Below, in pieces: positions 1 to 11,945 of a stretch of DNA of 64,000 bases (position 1 is its first letter; each line of letters opens with the position of its first letter). The translations under genes were made by a program, and so were the position numbers. The stretch is from an uncultured Candidatus Binatia bacterium (GTDB lineage: Bacteria > Desulfobacterota > Binatia > UBA9968 > JAJDTQ01). The notes beneath the pieces were generated by a model. It was not told the origin of the DNA. It did no database searches and saw only the letters and a program-made list of their open reading frames with translations. Location of the stretch: assembly GCA_965215605.1 (NCBI GenBank), contig OZ244070.1, forward strand, positions 2,944,001 through 3,008,000, given 5' to 3'.

Positions 1-1
1 G

Positions 2-580
2 CTGCGGCTGCCGCTGGGACACCAGGACTACTGGCCCATCTACGAGGAGGCGGAGAAGCTCGACTGCATGGTGGGCGTGCACGCCACCGTGCGCGGGCCG
101 CAGTACTTCGGCGCTGATGGGTTCGACCAGTTCATCGAGGTCCACACCCTTTCCCACGCCTTCGCCCAGATGATGCAGATGACCAGCATGATCTTTCGGG
201 GCGTGATGGACCGGTTCCCGAACCTCCGGGTGGCGTTCATGGAGGCGGGTTGCTCATGGGCGCCCTACTGGGCCGGACGCATGGACGAGGAATGGGAGAA
301 GCGCGGCGCGGCGGAGGCGCCGCTCTGCAAGAAGAAACCCAGCGAGTACGTGCGCAGCGGCAACATCTACTTCCACGCCGAGGACTACGAACCCTTCATC
401 GGCGAGACCGGCAAGTGGCTGAGCCCCGACGTGCTCTACTACGCGTCTGACTATCCCCACTGGGACATGGAGTTCCCGGAGAACATCGACCACCTCGGCC
501 GGCGCGAGGACCTGTCCCCCGAGGACAAGAAATGGCTGCTGGCGGATTCCGCCAAGCGGCTTTACGGGGTGGCCAGCTAA
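2..580 (+). CDS. Amidohydrolase family protein (Amidohydro_2), 5' end outside the window
   Basis: Frame open from base 2 (LRLPLGHQDYWPIYEEAEKLDCMVGVH); motifs FPNLRVAFMEAG and YASDYPHWD. Confidence 0.85.
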   Translation: MRLPLGHQDYWPIYEEAEKLDCMVGVHATVRGPQYFGADGFDQFIEVHTLSHAFAQMMQMTSMIFRGVMDRFPNLRVAFMEAGCSWAPYWAGRMDEEWEKRGAAEAPLCKKKPSEYVRSGNIYFHAEDYEPFIGETGKWLSPDVLYYASDYPHWDMEFPENIDHLGRREDLSPEDKKWLLADSAKRLYGVAS

Positions 581-625
581 GGACCTGGGCACGGGCGGCG
601 GAGAGGTCCTGCCTCCCCGCCCCAC

Positions 626-671
626 CCCCGGACCCCGGATCGGGTCCGGGGCAGGCTCCGGGGTCCAGGGG
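626..671. repeat. GC-rich nested palindrome (REP-like) between convergent genes
   Basis: ggaccccgga...tccggggtcc arms enclosing ccccggatcgggtccgggg. Confidence 0.5.
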
Positions 672-702
672 GCACGAGCAGGATGCCTGCCCCGGCGGGA
701 TC

Positions 703-1641
703 TCAGAACTCCTTGATCTCCCGCAGCCGCATCCCTTTCTTCAGCGCCTGCCGCAGCACATGCGTACCCACGGCGAGATCTTCGTCCGGAATCCCGTTGG
801 ATTGGAACAGCACCTTCCGTGGCTTGCCCTGGACGCCGTCGGCGACGATGGATTCCAGCGCCACCACGTCCCGCCAGCGTAGCTGCCTCTTGGCGCAGGC
901 GTCGATCAGGTCGCCGCTGTCGTTCCGCGCGGTGGCGAGGTCGTCGGTGACCACCAGGTCCATGGACCGGATGAGCCGTCCGGACACCTCGTGCTTGACG
1001 GGCTGGTTGGCGCCGATGGTGGCCACGAGCACGTCGTCCTTGAGGTTCCGGCCGTCGACGATGGGGGTGGTGGAGTCGGTGGATATCAGCAGGACGTCCG
1101 ACTCGCCCTCGATCTCGTCCACCGAGCCGGCCACCCGGAAGGGCGTCCGCACCACCTTGCTCATGGCATCGATGAAACCTTGCCGCCGCTCGGCGTTGCG
1201 GCCGTACACCAGCACCTGCTTCGGCCGGCAGGCCTTGACCACGGCTTCCACCTGGAACGTGCCCTGCCAGCCCGGACCGATGAGACCCAGAACCGACGGC
1301 TTGGGCGGCGCCAGGTATTTCGCCGCCACCCCGGTGGCCGCGCCGGTCCGCAGGCTGCTGAGATAGGCCGCGCTCATGATAGCCTTGAGGCCGCCGGCGC
1401 CGCCGTCGTACAGGCTGATGGTGTTCGCCTTGCCGACATAGCTCCGCAGCGCGATGAGGTCCGAGGTCTGGTGCCACGCGGCCATCACGTTGAGCTGCTT
1501 GCTGCTGCCCTTGAGCCGCCGGCGCGGGACGGCCCGCGCCTTGCCCGCGGCCCGGTCCCGGAACATCCTGTCCAGGAGCCGGATGCAGGTCGTCATGTCG
1601 ATGAGCTCACGGGTCTGCTTTGCGCTGATGATCAGGGCCAT
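703..1641 (-). CDS. Ornithine cyclodeaminase / mu-crystallin family protein
   Basis: LRTGAATGVAAKYLA, GLIGPGWQG dinucleotide motif, IGAN, FQSNGIPDED. Confidence 0.85.
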   Translation of the reverse strand: MALIISAKQTRELIDMTTCIRLLDRMFRDRAAGKARAVPRRRLKGSSKQLNVMAAWHQTSDLIALRSYVGKANTISLYDGGAGGLKAIMSAAYLSSLRTGAATGVAAKYLAPPKPSVLGLIGPGWQGTFQVEAVVKACRPKQVLVYGRNAERRQGFIDAMSKVVRTPFRVAGSVDEIEGESDVLLISTDSTTPIVDGRNLKDDVLVATIGANQPVKHEVSGRLIRSMDLVVTDDLATARNDSGDLIDACAKRQLRWRDVVALESIVADGVQGKPRKVLFQSNGIPDEDLAVGTHVLRQALKKGMRLREIKEF

Positions 1642-1682
1642 GGGATGTCGTTCCTTTCGTTTTGCGCGGGATCTCCCTTTTC

Positions 1683-1707
1683 GTCATTCCCGCTTTCGCG
1701 GGAACCT
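1683..1707. repeat. Short intergenic palindrome of the ATTCCCGC-N4-GCGGGAA type
   Basis: cgtcattcccgctttcgcgggaacc; related copy at 32773-32820. Confidence 0.6.
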
Positions 1708-2784
1708 TCATTGTCCTTCCGGGAACACGTGCCATCCCTTGTCGGGTAGCGACACGGCCACGGTTTCACCTTTTGCATAGTCCGCGTCGCCCACGGCCTT
1801 GACGGTCAACTCCACCTCGCCGACCTGCACCTGACAGTGCAGCGCGTCCCCAAGGTAGGTCTGTCGCAGTACCTGCCCGCGTGTCCCGGCCGTGGGGTCG
1901 TCACGCCCGATAGCGATGTGCTCGGGCCGGACGCCCAGGACTACCGCCGCGCCGGGGCCGCAGGCCGGCGGCACGGCGCACGCGATGGTGCCCAGGCCGG
2001 ACTCGGCGTGACCCGCGTCCACCACCTTGCCGGGGATGAAGTTCATCTCGCCCACGAAACGGGCGACGAACAGGTTGGGAGGCTCGGAGTAGACCTGCTT
2101 CGGCGTGCCGAGCTGCAGGATCTCGCCCTCGTTCATGACGCACATGCGGTCGCCCAGGCTCAGGGCCTCGGCCTGGTCGTGGGTGACGTAGAGGGAGGTG
2201 ACGTTGACGGATTCGGCGATGCGCCGCAGCTCGTCCCGCATCTGGTCCCGCAGGCGCGCGTCGAGGTTGCTCAAGGGCTCGTCCATGAGCAGCACCTTGG
2301 GCCGGGTCACCACCGCCCGGGCCAGCGCCACGCGCTGCTGCTGGCCGCCGCTCAGGTCCGTGACCGGGCGTTCCTCCAGTCCGTCCAGCCGTACCAGCCG
2401 GAGCGCGTCCAGCGCGCGGTCGCGGACTTCCGCGCGCGGGATGCGCCGTTGTCCCTCCGTGAGCGGCAGGACCACGTTTTGGTACACGTTCAGGTGCGGC
2501 CACACGGCGTAGCTCTGGAACACCATGCCGATGTCCCGCCGCTCGGGCGGCACGTAAGCGCCCCCTTCGGCGCTGTCCACCAGCTCGCCGTCGATCTCGA
2601 TGGAACCGCCGTCCGGCCGTTCCAGCCCGGCCACGCAGCGCAGGGTGGTGGTCTTGCCGCAGCCGCTGGGTCCCAACAGCACCATGAACTCGCCCTGGGC
2701 CACCTCCAGGTCGATGCCGTCGACGGCGCGCACCGGCCCCCGGGCCGAGTCGAAGATCTTTTCCAGCTTCCGAATGCTGATCAA
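1708..2784 (-). CDS. ABC transporter ATP-binding protein (PotA/FbpC class, TOBE C-terminus)
   Basis: GPSGCGKT Walker A, LSGGQQQR signature, LLMDEP Walker B, YVTHDQ. Confidence 0.95.
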   Translation of the reverse strand: MISIRKLEKIFDSARGPVRAVDGIDLEVAQGEFMVLLGPSGCGKTTTLRCVAGLERPDGGSIEIDGELVDSAEGGAYVPPERRDIGMVFQSYAVWPHLNVYQNVVLPLTEGQRRIPRAEVRDRALDALRLVRLDGLEERPVTDLSGGQQQRVALARAVVTRPKVLLMDEPLSNLDARLRDQMRDELRRIAESVNVTSLYVTHDQAEALSLGDRMCVMNEGEILQLGTPKQVYSEPPNLFVARFVGEMNFIPGKVVDAGHAESGLGTIACAVPPACGPGAAVVLGVRPEHIAIGRDDPTAGTRGQVLRQTYLGDALHCQVQVGEVELTVKAVGDADYAKGETVAVSLPDKGWHVFPEGQ

Positions 2785-2791
2785 CGTTACC

Positions 2792-4504
2792 TCATTGCTC
2801 CGCTAGGGCGCTGCGCCGTCCGAAGATCCAGAACAGCAGCAGCAGCGGCGAGAAGAAAAGGATCATCAGGGTCGTCACTACCGAGGCCTCGGTCATGCCG
2901 GCGGCAGCCCAGTAGCTCCATACCACCGCGGTGAGGGTGATGTTGCTCTCGGTGGCGAGGAACACGGCGACGGTGACCTCGCGATAGACCAGCAGGGCGG
3001 TCCATATCCACACGGACATGAGCGTGGGGCGCAGCAACGGCAACAGTACGCGCCGGCTGGCCCGCAGCATGGTGAGCCCGGACACGTAGGCGGCTTCTTC
3101 CAGTTCCTTGTGCACCTGCAGCAACGCGCCGTTCAAGGCACGGGTGGCGAAGGGCAGCCGGGTCACGAGGTAGACCAGCGCGATGAGCCACACGGAGCCG
3201 TAAAGCGGCACGTAATCCTTCAGCACGAACAGCGCCACCAGCAGCGCGCCGATGGCGAAGAGCAGCTCGGGCACGGTGTGGGGCAGGAAGGCGCCGAACT
3301 CCAGGGCGTAGCGCCCGCGGCTGCGGGTCCGCACCACCAGCCAGGAGATGGCGAACGCGCACACCAGCACCAGCACCGGCACCACGAACATCAGGATCAA
3401 TGTATGCTTCATGCCGCGCCAGACCAGTTCCCAGTTGACGTTGTAGAAGTTGTCGAGGGAGAGCTGTTCCCACATCTCCAGGGACGGCGGCGCGACGTAG
3501 GGTGCGAAGGCGATGAAGCCGACGAGCCCGATGGGCACGAGCTTGGAGAGGACGGCGTAGACTCCGATCATTCCCCAGGCGGCCCAGTTCCACCCGCCCA
3601 GGTCCAGCATCTTGGGGCGGTAGCCCTTGCCCGTGATGACCTGGTAGCGGTTGCCCTTCTGCAGCACGCGGCCGTACCACGCGGTGAGCGCCAGCGCCAC
3701 CACGATCATGAGCACTCCCACCGCGCCGGTGATGCCGTAGCGCGGCTCCATATCCTCGGGGAACGTCAGTGTGAACAGATATGTGCTGAAGAGGTAGACG
3801 CGGTTGCCCAGCCCGATGACCGCGGGCACGTCGAAGGTGGCGATGCCGACGATGAAAATGTAGATGACCGCGGCCATGATGGCGGGCATGGCCAGGGGAA
3901 TCGTCACCCGGCGCAGCGTGGCCGCGGCGCTCATGCCGGCGGTGCGCGCCGCCTCCTCCAGCATGGGGTTCATGGCGCGGAACATCTGCGTGGTGAGGAT
4001 GAACGCCAGCGGCGCCAGGTTCAGCCCCTGCACGAAACCCATGCCCAGGGGCGTTGCGATGTTGACCGGGCCGGAATCCAGACCCAAGAGGTCCACCAGC
4101 CATCGGTTGATGAAGCCGATGCGCGGGTGGGCGATGAACGTCCAGCCCATGGCCACGAAGATGCCGGGGATCAGGAGCCCCAGCGTCATGATGACGTAGA
4201 TGGCGGGTTTCCCCGGAATCGTGGTGCGCTCGGTGAGCCAGGCGATGGGAAGCCCGATGATCAGCGCGAAGAAGACCGTGGAAAACGCAAACCAAAGCGT
4301 GTTCCACAGCACGCCGTAGATCGCGGAATCTCCAAGGACATCGTGGTAGTTCTCCAGGGTATAGCTGGAATCGGCGGTGCCGAGGGTGCCGCTCTGGAAG
4401 CTCACCCACACGATCACCAGAATGAACATGGCCACGAGTGCCATGGGCGCCAGCGCGACGGGCAACAGCGGGGAGACCTGACCGTTAAGACGCGGCAGGC
4501 GCAC
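2792..4504 (-). CDS. ABC transporter permease, duplicated-domain FbpB/AfuB type
   Basis: Two EAA loops (LEEAARTAG, LEEAAYVSG) and many TM segments; start taken at GTG 4504 after an AGAAAGG RBS (ORF track extends to 4549). Confidence 0.9.
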   Translation of the reverse strand: MRLPRLNGQVSPLLPVALAPMALVAMFILVIVWVSFQSGTLGTADSSYTLENYHDVLGDSAIYGVLWNTLWFAFSTVFFALIIGLPIAWLTERTTIPGKPAIYVIMTLGLLIPGIFVAMGWTFIAHPRIGFINRWLVDLLGLDSGPVNIATPLGMGFVQGLNLAPLAFILTTQMFRAMNPMLEEAARTAGMSAAATLRRVTIPLAMPAIMAAVIYIFIVGIATFDVPAVIGLGNRVYLFSTYLFTLTFPEDMEPRYGITGAVGVLMIVVALALTAWYGRVLQKGNRYQVITGKGYRPKMLDLGGWNWAAWGMIGVYAVLSKLVPIGLVGFIAFAPYVAPPSLEMWEQLSLDNFYNVNWELVWRGMKHTLILMFVVPVLVLVCAFAISWLVVRTRSRGRYALEFGAFLPHTVPELLFAIGALLVALFVLKDYVPLYGSVWLIALVYLVTRLPFATRALNGALLQVHKELEEAAYVSGLTMLRASRRVLLPLLRPTLMSVWIWTALLVYREVTVAVFLATESNITLTAVVWSYWAAAGMTEASVVTTLMILFFSPLLLLFWIFGRRSALAEQ

Positions 4505-4552
4505 GGCGACGGGCCTTTCTCGATTCGGGTGCGGGCAACTTGTTCCCAACTG

Positions 4553-4595
4553 ATCGGGGGCATGCCTTGGACTCGATGAAAGGCATGCCCCCGAT
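4553..4595. terminator. Perfect 16-bp hairpin between solute-binding protein and permease genes (mRNA stabiliser or attenuator)
   Basis: atcgggggcatgcctt (4553-4568) / aaggcatgcccccgat (4580-4595), 11-nt loop. Confidence 0.6.
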
Positions 4596-4642
4596 GCTGG
4601 TCGGACCGCGGGAGACGCGTGGCCTCCCGGGTCGCGCGGCGA

Positions 4643-5737
4643 CTACTTGCCGCCGTCCTTGAGGATCTTGCGGAACTCCGCCTGGATCTTCCTGAGCGCC
4701 TTGGGGTCGTGCGTGTTGTTGCGCTCCACCGTGTCGATGAAGAGCAGGCCGCCGCCCGCGACGATCTTCTGCACCGGCTTGCGCGTGTTGGCCTCCGGGT
4801 AGATGTGCAGGTCGTGACCGCCCAGGTCCCACTGGAGCTTCTGGCCCTCCGCCGTGTTCATGAATGCCGCGAACAGGGTGGCCGCGTTGGGGCGCTGCGC
4901 ATGCTTGGGCACGCCCAGGTACATGACGTTGACCCGTGAGATCTCCTTGATGGTGGCCTGCTTCACGGGCGCGCCCTTGCGGCTCATGCGCAGCGCGTCG
5001 TCGTGGCCGCAATCGAACACCAGCATCAGGAACTCGCCGCTGGCGAGGCGATCCTGGGCGTTGCAGATGATCAGTCCGCCGATGTGCGCGGCGAGGCGCT
5101 TGGTGTAGTCGGTCATGCGCTCGCGCCCGAGCATGTCGTCGGCGGCGAACTGGTAGAGCCCGGTGGCGTAGGGCGTGGATGCGATCTTGCCCTTGAACTT
5201 GGGCTTGAAGACGTCCTCCATGCTCGTGGGGACGTCATCGCCCTTGACCAGCCGCGAGTTGTAGGAGATGCCCACCACCCGTGAAGCGATGGCCAGCGCC
5301 GCGCCCTTGGGGGCGGTACGGTTGATGTTGGCGTCCTTGGGGTTGGGCCGCTCCAGCAACCCCTCCCAGTCCATCAGCGTGAGCATGCCCTTGGTCGTGC
5401 CCTGGGAGATGTGGTTCGAGGTGCCCAGGTGGAGGTCGCTGCTGGCCGGTTGGCCGGCGGCATGTTCCTGCAGCAGCTTGGCGGTCATGCGCGGGAAGCT
5501 GGGTCCGGGGGTGTAGCGGACCTTGAGATCGGTCCCGTAGCGCTTGTTCAAGGCCGCGACCATCTTGCGCAGGCCCACGTCCCCGCCGAGCCGGCCGGGC
5601 GTCCACTGGATCTTGAGCTCGCCTTCCTTCTTGGCCGCTTCGATGACCTTCTGAAGCGCGGGGGAGATCTTCTCCTCGGCGAAAGCCGGGAGGCCAAGGC
5701 CGAGCACGGCCAAGGCTACGAGCACTCTTGAAAGCAT
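4643..5737 (-). CDS. ABC transporter extracellular solute-binding protein (AfuA/FbpA-like family)
   Basis: Signal peptide, AAKKEGEL, YNSRLV...PTSMEDVFKPKFKGKI, PNAATLF; first gene of the ABC operon. Confidence 0.85.
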   Translation of the reverse strand: MLSRVLVALAVLGLGLPAFAEEKISPALQKVIEAAKKEGELKIQWTPGRLGGDVGLRKMVAALNKRYGTDLKVRYTPGPSFPRMTAKLLQEHAAGQPASSDLHLGTSNHISQGTTKGMLTLMDWEGLLERPNPKDANINRTAPKGAALAIASRVVGISYNSRLVKGDDVPTSMEDVFKPKFKGKIASTPYATGLYQFAADDMLGRERMTDYTKRLAAHIGGLIICNAQDRLASGEFLMLVFDCGHDDALRMSRKGAPVKQATIKEISRVNVMYLGVPKHAQRPNAATLFAAFMNTAEGQKLQWDLGGHDLHIYPEANTRKPVQKIVAGGGLLFIDTVERNNTHDPKALRKIQAEFRKILKDGGK

Positions 5738-5770
5738 GGGTGTTCCTCCTTGTGGTTGCCTTGCGTGAGG

Positions 5771-7609
<1,839 letters not shown>

Positions 7610-7782
7610 GCCGCGGACACTCTAGACCATCTCGACAGGTAATTCTATCAGCGCCGCGTGCCGGTTCCGGCGGTCCCGTGTCCTGTCGGCCGGGTTCCTG
7701 TGCTAAGATTCAGCCAGAATGAAAACGCGCCCGTGAAGCCGGTTTCACGGCAGACAAGAGCACCTTGTCCAAGGAGGTTGGT

Positions 7783-8802
7783 ATGCAGTTGGGCATCATC
7801 GGTTTGGGAAGGATGGGCGGCAACATGGCCAGGCGGCTGATCAAGGCCGGTCACGAGGTGGTGGCCTTCGACAGGCACGCCGACGCCGTCCAGGGGTTGG
7901 TGGAAGAAGGCGCCGTGGGGAGCGCCTCCTTGCAGGAACTGGTGGCGAAGCTCGAGAGGCCCCGGGCGGTGTGGATGATGGTGCCCGCGGCGGTGGTGGA
8001 CCAAACCGTCGAGTCCTTTGTGGAATACCTGGAGGAGGACGACATCCTCATCGACGGCGGCAACTCCTACTACATCGACGACATCCGGCGAGCCGGGGAG
8101 CTGGCGGCCAGGGGGCTCCACTACGTGGACGTGGGCACCAGCGGCGGCGTCTGGGGGCTGGACCGGGGCTACTGCCAGATGATCGGGGGCGAGCCGGATC
8201 AGGTGAAGCATCTGGATCCGATCTTCGCGGCGCTGGCGCCCAGCATCGACGAGGCGCCGCGCACCCCGGGCCGGGAGCCGGGCAAAGGCACGGCGGAGCA
8301 CGGCTACCTCCACTGTGGCCCCAACGGCGCCGGGCACTTCGTCAAGATGATCCACAACGGCATTGAGTACGGCATCATGGCGGCCTATGCCGAGGGCTTC
8401 AACATCCTGAAGCACGCCAACATCGGCAAGCAGGGGCGCGAGGCCAGCGCCGAGCAGACGCCGTTGAGGGACCCGGAGCATTACCAGTACGACTTCGATC
8501 TGGGCGAGGTGGCGGAGCTCTGGCGGCGCGGCAGCGTGGTGGCCTCCTGGCTGCTGGACCTCACCGCCAACGCGTTCCTGGAGGACCCCAAGCTCGAGCG
8601 GTTCGCCGGCCGGGTGTCGGATTCCGGGGAGGGGCGCTGGACCATCCACGCCGCGGTGGACGAGGCGGTGCCGGCCCACGTCCTCACCGCGGCCCTGTTC
8701 GAGCGCTTCAGCTCCCGCGGCGAGGCGGACTTCGCCGACAAGCTGCTGTCGGCCATGCGCTTCCAGTTCGGCGGCCACGAGGAGCTGCCCGGCAAGAAAT
8801 AG
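7783..8802 (+). CDS. gnd: 6-phosphogluconate dehydrogenase, decarboxylating (short YqeC type)
   Basis: GLGRMGGNM, IDGGNS, DVGTSGG, GHFVKMIHNGIEY, DSGEGRW, RFQFGGH; RBS aaggagg before ATG 7783. Confidence 0.93.
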   Translation: MQLGIIGLGRMGGNMARRLIKAGHEVVAFDRHADAVQGLVEEGAVGSASLQELVAKLERPRAVWMMVPAAVVDQTVESFVEYLEEDDILIDGGNSYYIDDIRRAGELAARGLHYVDVGTSGGVWGLDRGYCQMIGGEPDQVKHLDPIFAALAPSIDEAPRTPGREPGKGTAEHGYLHCGPNGAGHFVKMIHNGIEYGIMAAYAEGFNILKHANIGKQGREASAEQTPLRDPEHYQYDFDLGEVAELWRRGSVVASWLLDLTANAFLEDPKLERFAGRVSDSGEGRWTIHAAVDEAVPAHVLTAALFERFSSRGEADFADKLLSAMRFQFGGHEELPGKK

Positions 8803-8819
8803 CCGGCGGCTTCGGACCC

Positions 8820-9566
8820 ATGGACATCGAGGTGCTTCCCGATGCGGAGTCGGTGGCGCGCCGCGCCGCGGTCTTCATCGCCGATGCCGCGCGGGCGGCA
8901 GTCAAGGCCCGCGGCCGGTTTGTCTTCGCCGTGAGCGGCGGCCGGACCCCCTGGGTCATGCTGCGGTTCCTGGCGCAGGAGAATGTTCCCTGGCACGCGG
9001 TGGAGATCGTGCAGGTGGACGAGCGGGCGGCCCCGGAGGGGCACCCGGACCGGAACCTGACTCATTTGCGGGAAAGCGTGCTGGAGCGGGCGCCGATAGC
9101 GCCCGGACAGATACATGCCATGCCCGTGGAAGCGGGCGACCTTGACGCCGCGGCCCGGGAGTACGCCGGCACGCTCGATCGTCTGACCGGGCCGTCCGGC
9201 CGGCTGGACCTCGTACACCTGGGCCTTGGTCCCGACGGTCACACCGCGTCGCTGATTCCGGGCGCCCCGGAGTTGGAGATACGCGACGCCCCGGTGGCGG
9301 TGACCGGCGTCTACCAGGGACGGCGGCGCATGACCCTGACCTTCCCGGTCCTCGACAACGCTCGCCATGTGCTCTGGGTGGTGACCGGCGACGACAAGCG
9401 GGAGATGCTGCAGCGGCTGCGCCACGGCGACGCCGCCATCCCCGCGGGCCGGGTGGTTTCCCACGCCGCGACGGTCATGGCCGACCGCGCCGCCGCGACA
9501 CTGCTCGGGACCGGTCAGGAATCTCGAGCCGGGCGATGGGGTGACGGTATCGGCGGTCGGAGGTGA
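8820..9566 (+). CDS. pgl: 6-phosphogluconolactonase
   Basis: SGGRTP, VDER, LGLGPDGHTASL, RRMTLT; follows gnd. Confidence 0.92.
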   Translation: MDIEVLPDAESVARRAAVFIADAARAAVKARGRFVFAVSGGRTPWVMLRFLAQENVPWHAVEIVQVDERAAPEGHPDRNLTHLRESVLERAPIAPGQIHAMPVEAGDLDAAAREYAGTLDRLTGPSGRLDLVHLGLGPDGHTASLIPGAPELEIRDAPVAVTGVYQGRRRMTLTFPVLDNARHVLWVVTGDDKREMLQRLRHGDAAIPAGRVVSHAATVMADRAAATLLGTGQESRAGRWGDGIGGRR

Positions 9567-9622
9567 CGTTGTGAATGCCCGGAGTCGCGGTTGGGGCGGA
9601 ATGACGGTCCGGGTTTGTGTTT

Positions 9623-11026
9623 CTAGCCGGCCGTCCTGAGCGCCGCGATCATGTCCTCGGTGCGGGTGAGCTTGACCCGCGGCCGTCCGCTTGCCTTGCC
9701 GCGCGCGGTCTCGATGTCGTCGAGACGGAGCCAGTCCTGGTAGGACACGTACTGGGGCTGGCGTTCCCGTATCAGCCGTTCGGCGCCGGCCACCGCGGGG
9801 TGGGCCGGATCCAACACCGCCCCGGCCCGCAGATCCTCCAGCATGCGTTCGACGGTTTCCACGGCATCGGGTTTGTTGGTGCCGATGACGCCGCTGGGGC
9901 CGCGCTTGATCCACCCGGACGCGTAGAGGCCGCCGAGGGGTTCCTTGCCCTTCCCGGCCAGCACGCGGCCCCGGTCGTTGGGGATCACGCCCTGCCGCTC
10001 GTCGAACGGGACCCCGGGCAGGGGCACGCCCAAGTAGCCGACGGAACGGAAGACGATGTCCGCCGGGATGGTTTCGGCAACCGCGGTGGCGCGCGGCCGC
10101 AAGGCGCCGTTGTCGGCATAGAGCTCGTTCCGGACCAGGCGGACGGCGCGTACCCGGCCGTCGGCGTCGCCGATGAGTTCCGTCGGCGAAAGCAGGAAGC
10201 GGATGCTGAGCCGGCGCGATTTGCCGGTGGGCGCCAGACCGGCGAAACTCTGAAGGATTTCGAGCTTCCGGACCAAAGCCTTGTCCGCGTGGGCGTCGAC
10301 GTGGGCCTGGCTGAGAGCATCGAGGCGGGCGTCTTCCGGCAGCACATCCACGTCGGCGTCGGCCAGTTCCCCCATCTCCTTGATCTCGGGGTTGGTGAAG
10401 GCGGCTTGGGCCGGGCCTCGGCGCCCGATGAGGTAGACGTTCCGGATACGGCTCTGCCGGAGCTCTTCCAGCGCGTAGTCCGCGATATCGGTGACGGCCA
10501 GCTCTTCGTGGCACCGGCACAGGATGCGGGCCACGTCGATGGCGACGTTGCCCACGCCGATGACCGCGGCGGATTCCCCGGAAAGGTCGAAGCAGCGGTC
10601 CCGGTAGTCGGGGTGCCCGTTGTACCACGCCACGAACTCGGTGGCGGCGTGGCTGCCCTCGAGATCTTCCCCGGGGATGCCGAGATTGCGGTCGGTCTGG
10701 GCGCCGGTGGTGAAACAGACCTGGTGGTAGTGGGCCGCGAGGTCGGTCAGGTGGATGTCCCGGCCGTAGCGCACGTTGCCGTAGAAGCGGAAGTTGGGCT
10801 TCCGGGCGGCCCGGTCGTACACCCGCACCACCGACTTGATCTTCTGATGATCGGGAGCGACGCCTCCCCGCACGAGCCCGAACGGGGTCGCCAACTCGTC
10901 GAACATGTCGACCTCGACGCTCAGACCCTGCTCGTGAAACAATCGTTCGACGACGTAGAAACCTGCCGGCCCCGACCCTATGATGGCCACTCGGAGAGGG
11001 TTGTCATCCGTTCCCGCGTTCGGCAT
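9623..11026 (-). CDS. Ferredoxin--NADP+ reductase, adrenodoxin-reductase/FprA type
   Basis: GSGPAGFY, PFGLVRGGVAPDH, GVGNVAIDVAR, GWIKRGPSGVIGTN. Confidence 0.9.
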   Translation of the reverse strand: MPNAGTDDNPLRVAIIGSGPAGFYVVERLFHEQGLSVEVDMFDELATPFGLVRGGVAPDHQKIKSVVRVYDRAARKPNFRFYGNVRYGRDIHLTDLAAHYHQVCFTTGAQTDRNLGIPGEDLEGSHAATEFVAWYNGHPDYRDRCFDLSGESAAVIGVGNVAIDVARILCRCHEELAVTDIADYALEELRQSRIRNVYLIGRRGPAQAAFTNPEIKEMGELADADVDVLPEDARLDALSQAHVDAHADKALVRKLEILQSFAGLAPTGKSRRLSIRFLLSPTELIGDADGRVRAVRLVRNELYADNGALRPRATAVAETIPADIVFRSVGYLGVPLPGVPFDERQGVIPNDRGRVLAGKGKEPLGGLYASGWIKRGPSGVIGTNKPDAVETVERMLEDLRAGAVLDPAHPAVAGAERLIRERQPQYVSYQDWLRLDDIETARGKASGRPRVKLTRTEDMIAALRTAG

Positions 11027-11279
11027 GGTTTCATTCTACGGCATTCGCCGCGGGGTTGCCAGTTTTCCCTTCCGGCCCTTCCCGAGAGGTCTGGATCGGT
11101 GTCCGCCTTGATGGCTCCCTGGTATCCATGTTACTGTTTTCGTGACCTTTTCGGGGGTTTCCACCCGTCAAGGCGGGTTTTGCCCGCTAACGACAAACTC
11201 GGGAGATTCCGTCCATGTGCGGCCTTCGTGGGCCGTGTCGGTGAACCGTCCGGTGCGAGCGGCGATTGGGAGCGCGTTC

Positions 11280-11945
11280 ATGCGTATCATCTTGTTGGGT
11301 CCGCCCGGGGCGGGCAAGGGAACGCAAGCGGAGGCCATGGTTGCGGCGTTCGGCATTCCACAGATCTCCACCGGCGACATGCTGCGGGCGGCGGTCAAGG
11401 AAGGCACGGCGCTCGGAGCGCGGGTCAAGTCCGTGATGGAGTCGGGCCGTCTCGTATCCGACGAGATCATCGTGGAACTCATCAAGGAGCGCATCCAGGA
11501 CCCGGATTGCCGTGACGGGTTTCTTTTCGACGGCTTCCCGCGGACACTGGCCCAGGCGGAGGCGCTGCGGAAAAACGACATCGCGGTCAGCCACGTGGTG
11601 GAGATCGATGTGTCCGCCGAGGATGTGATCGCGCGGCTCAGCGGCCGGCGGGTGCATCCGGCATCGGGGCGCATCTATCACGTGGCGTTCAATCCGCCCA
11701 GGATCGAGGGCAAGGATGACGTCACCGGGGAGGATCTGGTGCAGCGGGACGACGACAGGGAGGACACAGTGCGCCGGCGGCTGGAGGTCTATGGTAAACA
11801 GACCGCACCGTTGGTGGACTACTACACCGCCTGGCGGGATCGGGGCGATCGGGCGGCGCCGCGATACATCAAGGTGTCGGGGCTGGGCCGCGTCGAGGAT
11901 GTCGGCGATGCCATCCTGGCCAAGCTGAAGGAGGCGGCGCCGTGA
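11280..11945 (+). CDS. adk: Adenylate kinase
   Basis: [46 protein letters not shown]. Confidence 0.95.
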   Translation: MRIILLGPPGAGKGTQAEAMVAAFGIPQISTGDMLRAAVKEGTALGARVKSVMESGRLVSDEIIVELIKERIQDPDCRDGFLFDGFPRTLAQAEALRKNDIAVSHVVEIDVSAEDVIARLSGRRVHPASGRIYHVAFNPPRIEGKDDVTGEDLVQRDDDREDTVRRRLEVYGKQTAPLVDYYTAWRDRGDRAAPRYIKVSGLGRVEDVGDAILAKLKEAAP

